Shown: one piece after another, positions 1-8,161 of the stretch
Layout: the number at the start of each line of letters is the position of its first letter
How positions within the stretch are numbered: position 1 is the stretch's first letter
Source: Dehalococcoidia bacterium
GTDB lineage: Bacteria; Chloroflexota; Dehalococcoidia; SZUA-161
Reading direction: 5' to 3'
Length of the DNA stretch: 64,000 nucleotides
Assembly: GCA_011174795.1 (NCBI GenBank)
Contig: DUEY01000001.1
Coordinates: 47,264-111,263, forward strand
Position numbers and translations under genes: made by a program
Notes under the pieces: generated by a model
The model's input: only the letters and a program-made list of their open reading frames with translations
The model's database searches: none
Told to the model about the DNA's origin: nothing

Positions 1-1
1 T

Positions 2-85
2 CTTGCCAAGGAAATTGATAGTTTCATCGAACAAGTAGCAGGGCTCTATTTAGCCTCGGTAATAACACAGGAGGTGAAAAGTTGA
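2..85 (+). CDS. 3' end of an unidentified CDS whose 5' part lies outside the window
   Basis: Frame 2 is open from the window edge (..LAKEIDSFIEQVAGLYLASVITQEVKS*). Its TGA (83-85) overlaps the TTG start of the next gene (TTGA). Too short to name. Confidence 0.3.
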   Translation, partial: LAKEIDSFIEQVAGLYLASVITQEVKS

Positions 86-774
86 TTGTCGCCGAACAAA
101 AAACACTGGAGGAAATTAGGCGAATGATTACCCCTTACGCGAGGGTGTTGATCCTCGGGTGTGGTACCTGTATGACAGTTTGTGACGCTGGTGGCGAACG
201 TGAGGTCTCCTTCCTCCACAACGCATTACGGGTTGCACAGGCAAAGAGCGGAAATGGAACCCACACCTTCTCAGAATATACTTTGAAAAGACAATGCGAT
301 CCTGAATTCTTAGACGTGCTTAGCGACCAAATTACTGACGTGGATACAGTTCTTTCCCTGGGTTGTGGCATTGGAGTACAAGCTATAGCTGAAAGGTATC
401 CTGATCTGCCTGTGCTTCCCGGTGTTAATACCTCTTTCATGGGCATGGCAAAGGAGTTAGGAGTCTGGGATGAACGGTGTGCCGCCTGTGGTGACTGCAG
501 ATTGGAAGAAACCGCTGGCATTTGCCCCATCACTAGATGTACAAAGGGGATACTCAATGGGCCCTGCGCTGGTACTAAAGACGGTAAGTGCGAAGCAAAT
601 AAAGATATGGACTGCGCATGGGTCTTAATCTATAAGCGTCTGGAGAGATTGGAGCAGTTGGAGAAAATGCGCCGATATTATCCTATGAGGAACTTCCGAG
701 CGATTCCTAGACCAAAAAGGCTCACAAGCAGAATTAGTGTTGATATGGGGGAAGACAATGAAGACAATGGCTAA
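82..774 (+). CDS. metV: MetV-like Cys-rich protein (methylenetetrahydrofolate reductase C-terminal-domain family)
   Basis: 230 aa ORF with a TTG start shortly after GGAGGTG. Cys clusters (GCGTCMTVC, CAACGDC, CPITRC, GPCAG..GKCE..CAW) are typical of the small partner of acetogen-type MetF. Its 3' end overlaps the metF start. Confidence 0.7.
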   Translation: MIVAEQKTLEEIRRMITPYARVLILGCGTCMTVCDAGGEREVSFLHNALRVAQAKSGNGTHTFSEYTLKRQCDPEFLDVLSDQITDVDTVLSLGCGIGVQAIAERYPDLPVLPGVNTSFMGMAKELGVWDERCAACGDCRLEETAGICPITRCTKGILNGPCAGTKDGKCEANKDMDCAWVLIYKRLERLEQLEKMRRYYPMRNFRAIPRPKRLTSRISVDMGEDNEDNG

Positions 775-1690
775 TTCGTTATTTGAGGAAAAACTCCACT
801 CCAATGAATTCTTGGTGACAACAGAGATTGGGCCGCCTAAAGGGGCAGATGTATCGGAAATGGTTCACCATATAGATCTACTCAAGGACAAGGTTGACGC
901 TATCAACGTTACCGACCATCAAAGCTCCGTGATGCGTTTTCCCTCCTTGGGCGGCTGTCTATTGGTGAAGGAACGCGGTGGTGAGCCTATTTTACAGGTG
1001 ACCTGCCGTGATCGTAACCGCTTAGCACTTCAAGCCGATCTTCTGCTGGCATACTCCCGAGGTATCGATAACGTACTTTGCCTTACCGGAGATTCCATTG
1101 ACGTTGGAGATCATAAAGAGGCAAAGCCTGTCTTTGACGCGGATTCTGTGCAATTACTGAAGATGATCAAGACAATGGAATCGGGAAAGGATATGGGAGG
1201 AGAAGACCTTAAGGGGGCTCCGAAATTCTGCATTGGCGCCTCAGTTCATCCTGAAGCAGACTTCATTGAGCCACAACTAATCAAGTTTGAAAAGAAGGTT
1301 GCTGCCGGGGCGCAGTTCTTCCAAACGCAGGGAATATTCGACCTAGCAAATTTGCACCGATTCATGCAATATGCCTCCCAGTTTGATGTCCGAATCTTAG
1401 CTGGAATTATAGTCCTCGCCTCTGCTAGGATGGCTCGGTACATGAACGATAACGTTCCTGGAATAATTGTTTGTGAAGCCGTTATCGAGGAGCTAGCCGA
1501 TGTGGAGAAAGGCAAGGGGCTTGAGAAAGGAATCGAGATTTCTGCCAGAATGATAAGAACAATAAAAGAGGAAAACCTGTGCCACGGCGTACATATTATG
1601 GCAGTAGGCAATGAAGGTATTGTGCCTGAGATCCTGGAGCAGGCTAAACTGCCAAGTATGTCCACCAAAGGAAAGCGTATTAACGTATAG
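758..1690 (+). CDS. metF: 5,10-methylenetetrahydrofolate reductase
   Basis: ORF 737-1690; the ATG at 758 is preceded by GGGGGAAG (an ATG at 767 is also possible). MTHFR-like motifs are present: TTEIGPPKG, INVTDH, VTCRDRN, LCLTGD, AGAQFFQTQ. Confidence 0.85.
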   Translation: MKTMANSLFEEKLHSNEFLVTTEIGPPKGADVSEMVHHIDLLKDKVDAINVTDHQSSVMRFPSLGGCLLVKERGGEPILQVTCRDRNRLALQADLLLAYSRGIDNVLCLTGDSIDVGDHKEAKPVFDADSVQLLKMIKTMESGKDMGGEDLKGAPKFCIGASVHPEADFIEPQLIKFEKKVAAGAQFFQTQGIFDLANLHRFMQYASQFDVRILAGIIVLASARMARYMNDNVPGIIVCEAVIEELADVEKGKGLEKGIEISARMIRTIKEENLCHGVHIMAVGNEGIVPEILEQAKLPSMSTKGKRINV

Positions 1691-1737
1691 CCATAGGATA
1701 GGCAAGATAGTCAAATATGATAACAGGAGGTAGCAAA

Positions 1738-2604
1738 ATGGGAAACGGCAAATCTACCAAGTTGGCTAAATCACCAAAAAGGGGAGGGGGTAAAAAAAGC
1801 AGAAGGAAAAAGGGTGAAAAAATACTAATAATAGATGATGAGCTTGATTTTATGGAAGCTTTCCGGCGCACTTTAGAAGCAAAGTCCTATAACGTAATGA
1901 CGACCACTAGCAAGGAAGAAGCCCAGGAGATGATGGGAGTGGAAGAGCCCAATCTCGTTGTCCTGGGTACCATGGCTCCAGCTGGGCAAGCATTCTCCAT
2001 GTACCAATGGCTAGGACAGCATCCCAGATATAAAGATATACCGCTCCTTGTGATCGATGCCCAGTACGATGAACGACCTATTAAGGGATGGAGAAGGTTT
2101 GAGGGTATGCAGTTGGAAGCTGACGAATATGTATCCAAGCCAATTGAACCAGCTTCGCTGGTACCTCAAATTCAAAGCCTGATTGAAGCAGCCACTAGGC
2201 GCATAAGAGTTGTAGTAGTTGATGACCATACTATGGTCAGAACTGGAATATGTTCAGTGCTTGCGCTGCAAAAGGATATGGAAGTTGTAGGCGAGGCTGT
2301 CAATGGTAAGGATGCTATTGAGAAGGTGACGCGACTTTTACCAAACGTGGCATTAGTAGATATAGTCATGCCTGTGATGAGTGGGATAGAGGCAACAAAA
2401 CACATAAGCACGAAATGCCCGCAGACAAAGGTATTAATCTTGACACAGTATGATGAAGAAGAGAATATGATTGTTGCCAAGCAGTCGGGAGCATACGGCT
2501 TCATTCCCAAGAAAGCTGCCAGTTCCGACCTCATAAGAGGTATAAAGTACGTAGGTCAGGGAAGATATTACCCGGCATCTTTTGCCAAGCTTGTCGTCGG
2601 CTAG
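1738..2604 (+). CDS. Orphan response regulator with two receiver (REC) domains, no output domain, poly-basic N-terminal tail
   Basis: ATG at 1738 lies 7 nt after AGGAGG (1725-1730). REC1 (ILIIDDE...VVLGTMAP...SKP) has Gly at the phospho-acceptor position. REC2 (VVVVDDH...LVDIVMP...LILTQ...IPKK) is canonical NarL-type, but the protein ends about 20 aa later with no HTH. Confidence 0.8.
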   Translation: MGNGKSTKLAKSPKRGGGKKSRRKKGEKILIIDDELDFMEAFRRTLEAKSYNVMTTTSKEEAQEMMGVEEPNLVVLGTMAPAGQAFSMYQWLGQHPRYKDIPLLVIDAQYDERPIKGWRRFEGMQLEADEYVSKPIEPASLVPQIQSLIEAATRRIRVVVVDDHTMVRTGICSVLALQKDMEVVGEAVNGKDAIEKVTRLLPNVALVDIVMPVMSGIEATKHISTKCPQTKVLILTQYDEEENMIVAKQSGAYGFIPKKAASSDLIRGIKYVGQGRYYPASFAKLVVG

Positions 2605-2879
2605 AGGGTCACTGGCTTGAGTCCTTTTAGGCAGGCATAGCAGCCTCAAGCCTATAAATGTCCTCATTTTCACTCACTCTTCTCAGCCAAACAAGACATT
2701 GAATTTTCAACTGCTCTTCAATAATGTTTTATCTAAAAACAAGCGCCCCGGAACGCTTGCCCTTACGCACTAATAAGGCTATTTTTCGCGCTCTATACAG
2801 TAAACACCTTTCCCCTTCAACTCCATATTCAACAATCTGAATAAAAAAGCCAAGGTATATTACCCCAACCACACTATAA

Positions 2880-2908
2880 TTGACACTAATAAGTAGATGG
2901 GATACACT
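2880..2908 (+). promoter_or_regulatory. Putative sigma-70-type promoter upstream of the acyl-CoA mutase genes
   Basis: TTGACA (2880-2885), 17-nt spacer, TACACT (2903-2908), about 40 nt upstream of the ATG at 2947. A TATAAT hexamer also lies at 2875-2880. Confidence 0.4.
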
Positions 2909-2946
2909 TTTTTAAGTTGAAGAATCTTCGAGGCAAAGGAGAATAG

Positions 2947-4605
2947 ATGGGCACCAGTAGAAGCAAGCAGGAATGGCTGGAGAATAAGCTAGAGCCTGCA
3001 CTCAAGAAGTTCCCTGAACGCGAGGAGCATTTTCTGACCACCTCAGGTATCGAGATTGAAGACGTTTACGCTCCTGATGACCGCGAGGGGGTCGACTATA
3101 ACGAGAAACTGGGCTACCCCGGGGAATTCCCCTTTACACGGGGGGTGCAGCCGACGATGTACCGGGGAAGAATATGGACCATGCGCCAGTATGCCGGCTT
3201 CGCTTCCGCCGAGGCGACCAATAAGCGCTATCACTACCTGCTGGAGCAGGGACAGACAGGCCTGAGTGTAGCATTCGATTTGCCTACCCAGATCGGCTAC
3301 GACTCAGACAGCCCGCAGGCAAAGGGCGAGGTGGGTAAGGTGGGAGTGCCTATATCCAGCCTCGAGGATATGGAGATCCTTTTCAAAGGGATACCGCTGG
3401 ACAAAGTAAGCACCTCGATGACAATCAACTCTACGGCTCCCGTCCTGCTGGCGATGTACATCGCCGTAGCTAAGAAACAAGGTGCCGATGTATCAAAGCT
3501 CAACGGTACCATCCAGAACGATCTCCTCAAGGAATACATCGCCCGCGGCACCTACATCTTCCCCCCCAGACCATCTATGCGGTTGACCACAGACATCTTC
3601 CACTACTGTGCGCGAGAACTCCCCCAGTGGAATACCATCAGCATCAGCGGTTACCACATCCGCGAGGCAGGTTCGACCGCGGCACAGGAAATAGCCTTCA
3701 CTCTGGCGGATGGAATCGCCTACGTACAAGCTGCTATAGACGCGGGACTGGATGTGGACGAATTCGCCGGCAGGCTTTCGTTCTTCTTCGCAGCCAATAC
3801 TAACCTGCTCGAGGAGGTTGCCAAATTCAGGGCAGCGCGGCGGCTTTGGGCCACGATTATGAAAGATAGATTCGAAGCGAAGGACCCTCGTTCGATGATG
3901 CTGCGCTTCCATACACAGACCTGCGGGCATACGCTAACAGCTCAGCAGCCGGACAATAACGTCGTAAGGACCGCTATACAGGCGCTGGCAGCGATACTGG
4001 GCGGCACCCAGTCGCTGCATACCAATTCCCGCGACGAGGCATACGCCACCCCCAGCGAAGATGCAGTGACCCTCGCTCTCCGTACGCAGCAGCTTCTAGC
4101 CTATGAAAGCGGCGTCGCTGACTGTATCGACCCTCTCGGCGGCTCCTACTTCGTAGAATATCTTACAGACTCGTTGGAAGCAGAGGCGAAAAAATATATC
4201 GACAGAATTGACGAGCTGGGCGGCGCCCTTGCCGCTATCGAGCAGGGCTTCCAGCAAAGGGAGATACAGGAAAGCTCCTACCGGACCCAGAAGGATATTG
4301 AGGGCGGTAACAAGGTCGTAGTCGGGGTCAATAAATTCGTCTCTCCCTATCCGGAGATAAAAGGGCTGCTCCGCGTCGACCCCGCTGAGGCGGAAAAGCA
4401 AACGAAACGGCTGGCTGCTCTCAGGGAAAAAAGAGATAACGCTCAAGTAACCGAGGCGTTAAACAGGCTGAAAGCGGCAGCAAGCAGCACGGATAACACA
4501 ATGCCTGCGTTTATCGACTGTGTCGAAGCCTACGCCACCATCGGGGAGATATGCGACATGCTCCGCGGCGTTTTCGGGGAGCAAAAGGAGATACTGGTAA
4601 TTTAA
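2947..4605 (+). CDS. Methylmalonyl-CoA mutase, large (substrate-binding) subunit, split type
   Basis: 552 aa; AAGGAG RBS. Motifs [23 protein letters not shown] and [18 protein letters not shown] carry the Tyr/Arg pair characteristic of methylmalonyl- rather than isobutyryl-CoA mutases. No B12 domain in this polypeptide. Confidence 0.9.
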   Translation: MGTSRSKQEWLENKLEPALKKFPEREEHFLTTSGIEIEDVYAPDDREGVDYNEKLGYPGEFPFTRGVQPTMYRGRIWTMRQYAGFASAEATNKRYHYLLEQGQTGLSVAFDLPTQIGYDSDSPQAKGEVGKVGVPISSLEDMEILFKGIPLDKVSTSMTINSTAPVLLAMYIAVAKKQGADVSKLNGTIQNDLLKEYIARGTYIFPPRPSMRLTTDIFHYCARELPQWNTISISGYHIREAGSTAAQEIAFTLADGIAYVQAAIDAGLDVDEFAGRLSFFFAANTNLLEEVAKFRAARRLWATIMKDRFEAKDPRSMMLRFHTQTCGHTLTAQQPDNNVVRTAIQALAAILGGTQSLHTNSRDEAYATPSEDAVTLALRTQQLLAYESGVADCIDPLGGSYFVEYLTDSLEAEAKKYIDRIDELGGALAAIEQGFQQREIQESSYRTQKDIEGGNKVVVGVNKFVSPYPEIKGLLRVDPAEAEKQTKRLAALREKRDNAQVTEALNRLKAAASSTDNTMPAFIDCVEAYATIGEICDMLRGVFGEQKEILVI

Positions 4606-4649
4606 TCTGCCAGACAGCAAATCTACTGGCAGCGCAAATGGAGGATAGA

Positions 4650-5048
4650 ATGATCAAGAAGCTTGACCATGTATCCATCGTGGTGAATAACCTCGACGAG
4701 GGTCTGAAGACCTACGAGAACCTGCTCGGAGTTAAAGCATCCCACATTGAGGAAGTACCCGATCAGGGCATAAAAGCTGCGATGCTCATGCTGGGAGATG
4801 TCGAGATAGAACTGATAGAGCCTACCACCGCCGACAGCGGAGTAGCAAAGTTCCTAGAAAAGAAGGGCGAGGGCGTTCATCATATGTGCTTCGAGGTCGA
4901 TGATGTCGACAAGGAGCTAGAGTCCCTGGCAGCCAGAGGCGTTGAGCTTATAGACAAGCAAGGCAGAAAAGGGCTTGCAGGCAAGATCGGCTTTCTCCAT
5001 CCCCGCTCGACCAGGGGGGTGCTTGTCGAGCTGGCGCAAAAGGTCTAG
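4650..5048 (+). CDS. mce: Methylmalonyl-CoA epimerase (VOC/glyoxalase fold)
   Basis: ATG at 4650 lies 4 nt after [33 protein letters not shown]...[13 protein letters not shown] is the typical epimerase pattern. Sits between the two mutase subunits. Confidence 0.85.
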   Translation: MIKKLDHVSIVVNNLDEGLKTYENLLGVKASHIEEVPDQGIKAAMLMLGDVEIELIEPTTADSGVAKFLEKKGEGVHHMCFEVDDVDKELESLAARGVELIDKQGRKGLAGKIGFLHPRSTRGVLVELAQKV

Positions 5049-5086
5049 AGAAGCAACGTCGATTATACGAAAGAGGGCAGTTCACT

Positions 5087-5500
5087 ATGGCTGATGAACA
5101 GAAAATACGTGTCCTAGTTGCCAAGCCCGGCCTTGACGGACACGACCGGGGAGCCAAGGTGGTCGCTCGCGCGCTACGTGACTACGGCATGGAGGTAATC
5201 TACACCGGGCTCCGTCAAACGCCGGAGATGATAGCTCAAAGCGCGCTTCAAGAGGACGTGGATGTCGTAGGCATGAGCATCCTGTCAGGAGCTCATCTTG
5301 AGATCGTCCCGCTAGCGATGGAACAGCTTCGGGAAAAGGGACTAGAAAATGCAGTGGTCATAGTGGGTGGCATCATTCCAGAAGAAGACCATGAAGCACT
5401 ACGCCAGATGGGAGTACAAGGTATCTTCGGCCCGGGAACCCCTACTCAAGAACTCGCCGATTTCATCAAAAAAGCAGTAGCCGAAAAGAAAGCGGCATAA
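5087..5500 (+). CDS. Methylmalonyl-CoA mutase, small cobalamin-binding subunit
   Basis: 137 aa with the DxHxxG B12-binding motif ([12 protein letters not shown]) and the GGIIP motif. Confidence 0.9.
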   Translation: MADEQKIRVLVAKPGLDGHDRGAKVVARALRDYGMEVIYTGLRQTPEMIAQSALQEDVDVVGMSILSGAHLEIVPLAMEQLREKGLENAVVIVGGIIPEEDHEALRQMGVQGIFGPGTPTQELADFIKKAVAEKKAA

Positions 5501-5534
5501 GTCAACTGCCTAAGAGACTGGGTGGTAAGAGGAT

Positions 5535-6284
5535 ATGTCGGGGCATTCCAAATGGTCGTCAATTAAGCGGCAGAAGGGCATGGCTGATGCCAAGCGGGGG
5601 CAGCTTTTCACCAAGCTAACCAAGGAGATCCATATTGCCGTCCGTGAGGGAGGCGGGGACCCGCAGGCAAATGCACGGCTGCGGTTAGCGGTGCAGAAGG
5701 CCAAAGATAACAACATGCCCCTAGAAAACATCGAGCGCGCTATCAAGCGCGCCAGCGGTACCACGGATGAAGCTGCCCTGACCGAGGTTACCTTGGAGGG
5801 CTACGGCCCTGGAGGAAGCGCCATCCTGCTGCAGGCATTGACCGATAACCGAAATCGGACGCTGGCAGAGGTACGAAACGTTTTCAGCCGCAATAATGTC
5901 AGCCTGGGGGAAAGCGGCTGCGTCAGCTGGATATTTGAACCTAGAGGTGTGATTGCCATTGAGGCGAATAATACGGACGCGGAAGAACTGGCCTTATCAG
6001 CTATCGATGCCGGCGCTGACGACGTGAAGGTCGATGGAGCTGCAGTAGAGGTCTATACCCAGCCTCAGGACCTGGAAGCGGTCAGGAAGACACTGGAGCA
6101 GCAAGGGATAGCTATCTCCTCCGCCGAACTTTTACAGGTTCCTAAGACTATGGTCAGCCTCGATGAGAAGTCTGCGCTTCAAGCGCTCAGGCTCCTTGAA
6201 AAGCTGGAGGAACTGGACGATGTCCAGCATGTATTCACCAACGCCGATTTCCCCAACGAGGTAGTGGAGAAATACTCGGGATGA
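5535..6284 (+). CDS. yebC: YebC/PmpR family DNA-binding transcriptional regulator
   Basis: N-terminus MSGHSKWSSIKRQKG is a family hallmark; 249 aa; located upstream of ruvC-ruvA as in many bacteria. Confidence 0.9.
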   Translation: MSGHSKWSSIKRQKGMADAKRGQLFTKLTKEIHIAVREGGGDPQANARLRLAVQKAKDNNMPLENIERAIKRASGTTDEAALTEVTLEGYGPGGSAILLQALTDNRNRTLAEVRNVFSRNNVSLGESGCVSWIFEPRGVIAIEANNTDAEELALSAIDAGADDVKVDGAAVEVYTQPQDLEAVRKTLEQQGIAISSAELLQVPKTMVSLDEKSALQALRLLEKLEELDDVQHVFTNADFPNEVVEKYSG

Positions 6285-6294
6285 TAGCACTGTG

Positions 6295-6795
6295 ATGCCA
6301 AAACGTGTTCTCGGTATCGACCCTGGCATCGCGGCGATGGGCTACGGCTTCATTGAAGAAATCAACGACAGGCTCTCCATAATCGACTACGGTTGCTTGT
6401 CCACCTCAGCCAAACAAAGTACACCGGCAAGGCTGCGTTCCCTTTATCACAAACTCATGGAGCTTATAGAACTCTATAAGCCCTCAGAGGCTGCGGTGGA
6501 ACTCTTTGTGGCGCGTAATCTAAAGACAGCCCTGATAGTAGGGCAAGCCCGGGGCGTAGCTATCCTTGCCGCAGCCAATAAAGGGCTTCCTGTCTACGAA
6601 TATACACCGCTTGAGGTGAAGCAGAATGTCTCCGGCTACGGTCGTGGGGAAAAGAGCCAAGTTCAGGAGATGGTAAGGATTCAGCTTGGTCTGGACTCCA
6701 TACCCCAACCCGATGATGCCGCCGACGCCCTGGCAGTAGCCATCTGCCACATAAGCAAGATACGCCTATCAGAACTTTTAACGCACAGCCAGTGA
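6295..6795 (+). CDS. ruvC: Holliday junction resolvase RuvC
   Basis: RVLGIDPG...(catalytic Asp) and C-terminal DDAADALAVAICH motif. Start is either ATG 6295 or GTG 6292. Confidence 0.9.
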   Translation: MPKRVLGIDPGIAAMGYGFIEEINDRLSIIDYGCLSTSAKQSTPARLRSLYHKLMELIELYKPSEAAVELFVARNLKTALIVGQARGVAILAAANKGLPVYEYTPLEVKQNVSGYGRGEKSQVQEMVRIQLGLDSIPQPDDAADALAVAICHISKIRLSELLTHSQ

Positions 6796-6831
6796 TACTA
6801 AGTAGTAAGTTGGACGATTGAGGGCTCAATA

Positions 6832-7404
6832 ATGATTGCCGGGCTCGAAGGACTATTAAAATCTCTTAGAGATGACCGAGCTATTATCGATATACACGGT
6901 ATAAGCTTTCGAGTCCAAGCACCGACCTCCACCTTAAGCGTGCTGGGGTCTCCCGGAGATAAGGTCTTTCTCCACACGTATCTCCAGGTGAAAGAGGACA
7001 ACCTATCGCTCTACGGCTTCGCCACAACCGAGGAGCTGAGGATGTTTGAGCTACTCATCGGCGTCTCCGGCGTAGGGCCCAAGGTTGCGCTATCACTGCT
7101 CTCGGCACTAAGCCCGGAACGGCTTTCTCTAGCTGTTGCCTCTGGAAACGAGAGTGTTCTAAGCTCAATATCAGGCGTGGGGAAAAAAACAGCGGCCCGC
7201 ATCATACTCGAGCTCAAAGGCAAGTTTGAGCAGGTAACCACAGATATTCCCTATCCACATGATGACGTAAAAGCAGCTTTGATAAGTCTGGGCTATTCAG
7301 CGGCGGAAGCGATGTCCGCCACCGCTACTCTCCCTAATGACCCCGACCTAACCCTGGAGGACAAGATTAAGCTCGCCCTGAAACACTTCACCAAGGTTGG
7401 CTAA
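6832..7404 (+). CDS. ruvA: Holliday junction branch migration complex subunit RuvA
   Basis: MIAGLEGLL..., helix-hairpin-helix motifs (GVSGVGPKVALSLLS, ISGVGKKTAARI), 190 aa, follows ruvC. Confidence 0.9.
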   Translation: MIAGLEGLLKSLRDDRAIIDIHGISFRVQAPTSTLSVLGSPGDKVFLHTYLQVKEDNLSLYGFATTEELRMFELLIGVSGVGPKVALSLLSALSPERLSLAVASGNESVLSSISGVGKKTAARIILELKGKFEQVTTDIPYPHDDVKAALISLGYSAAEAMSATATLPNDPDLTLEDKIKLALKHFTKVG

Positions 7405-8027
7405 AACCAGGAAACGCCTACGAACCAGCCGAAGGCAGCAACCAATATATACCTCAGCGTTTTACCCACAAAGCAAAAGAGCAGGAACTTCCACAGAGGA
7501 TACCTCAGCACTCCAGCCGCAGCCCCAGCCAGGTCGAAAAAGGGGTTAGGCACAAATGAAAGGATGAGAATGACTATCGAGCCCCTCCGCCTCATCCAAT
7601 GTTCCAGCCGAATGTAGATCCTGCTTTTTTCAAAAACCACCTGCCCGCTGAATCCTGCCATGTACCCAGTTAGCTCACCTAAGGCCGACCCAGCGCCTGC
7701 TGCAAGCCCTATGAGAACCGGGTCATAAACAGCGCCCAGCCCAACAATCAACACTATTCCTGGAATCGGCAGTATAATAGTTGCAGTAGTTACGAGAGAG
7801 ATAAGAAATGCGCCCAAATAGCCGTAGGCTTCGAGATTCTCTACCCAGTCGCGAAAAACGAAGATGGTAGCGGTGATAGCAACTACGAGCAGGATAGCCA
7901 CTATACGGAGAAGTAGTCTACGGGACAGGAAAGCGTGTTTTGCCGAATCCTCCTTCTGCTGGCTGGCCGCAGCTATCGTATCCTCACTGCTATTGAGGGT
8001 ATCGTATGGGGTGCCTTCGCTCTCCAT
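7401..8027 (-). CDS. VTT-domain (DedA/YqaA-like) integral membrane protein
   Basis: 208 aa, multiple hydrophobic helices, PNPFFDLAGAAAG motif resembling DedA/YqaA family proteins. Its stop overlaps the ruvA stop on the opposite strand. Confidence 0.55.
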   Translation of the reverse strand: MESEGTPYDTLNSSEDTIAAASQQKEDSAKHAFLSRRLLLRIVAILLVVAITATIFVFRDWVENLEAYGYLGAFLISLVTTATIILPIPGIVLIVGLGAVYDPVLIGLAAGAGSALGELTGYMAGFSGQVVFEKSRIYIRLEHWMRRRGSIVILILSFVPNPFFDLAGAAAGVLRYPLWKFLLFCFVGKTLRYILVAAFGWFVGVSWF

Positions 8028-8161
8028 GCGCTTCTACCATTCTCTTTCCACAGTATTATATACCATATCCGTATCAAGAATGAGGGTCGCGAAGGAGAGA
8101 ATACCTAAGTGGAAAAAAGTGCAGCTATTACTTCGAATATACAACGCACAAAGAGGCCCCG

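Noticed and set aside
2605-2946. A possible cobalamin riboswitch or other leader upstream of the B12-dependent mutase genes
   Set aside because: I could not find a B12-box-like sequence or the nested helices. The region is AT-rich and contains a plausible simple promoter. An Rfam scan would be decisive.
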